Source of the DNA: a virus
Reading direction: 5' to 3' (one strand)
IMG/VR virus record: IMGVR_UViG_3300009285_016375
Span: 1 to 64,000 of that record
Length of the DNA stretch: 64,000 nucleotides
The notes below the pieces were generated by a model. The model made no database searches and was not told the origin of the DNA. It was given only the letters and a program-made list of their open reading frames with translations. Within the stretch, counting starts at the first letter, position 1. Each line of letters begins with the position of its first letter. Shown piece by piece: positions 63,995-64,000 of the stretch. A program made the position numbers and the translations under genes.

Positions 63995-64000
63995 GTCACA

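Noticed and set aside
63995-64000. Direct circular join of the window end to position 1
   Set aside because: The end starts a new cassette while position 1 is mid-attC, so intervening sequence is missing. No terminal repeat is visible.

Overview
The window is most or all of a GC-rich tailed-phage genome, probably podovirus-like and temperate. The host is uncertain; the TN-rich signal-peptide proteins suggest Verrucomicrobiota/PVC. 1-14.3 kb (minus strand) holds early and replication genes: MT-A70 methylase, DnaB with a class 3 intein, replication initiator, RuvC, DUF5131, YqaJ exonuclease with an ERF-like annealing protein, and DUF2303. A divergent pair of ribbon-helix-helix regulators sits at 14.0-14.6 kb. 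15.5-27 kb holds lysis-like genes, adhesin/fibre genes and TerL (mostly minus strand). 27-61 kb (plus strand) holds portal, scaffold, capsid, tail, glycosylation, ejection and polyvalent proteins and HU. Two things stand out. (1) At 60.9-63.6 kb a tyrosine recombinase is translationally coupled to a nuclease-dead, C-terminally truncated Cas12f-like protein, followed by a structured leader and a 5-repeat/4-spacer CRISPR mini-array, with no cas1/cas2. (2) The early region (1-7.5 kb and 63.6-64 kb) is built as an integron-type attC cassette array. The phage genes run antisense to the cassettes, often start and stop inside the attC loops, and all cross the G/TT crossover in the same reading frame. 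All family assignments come from motif recognition by eye; no database search was run.
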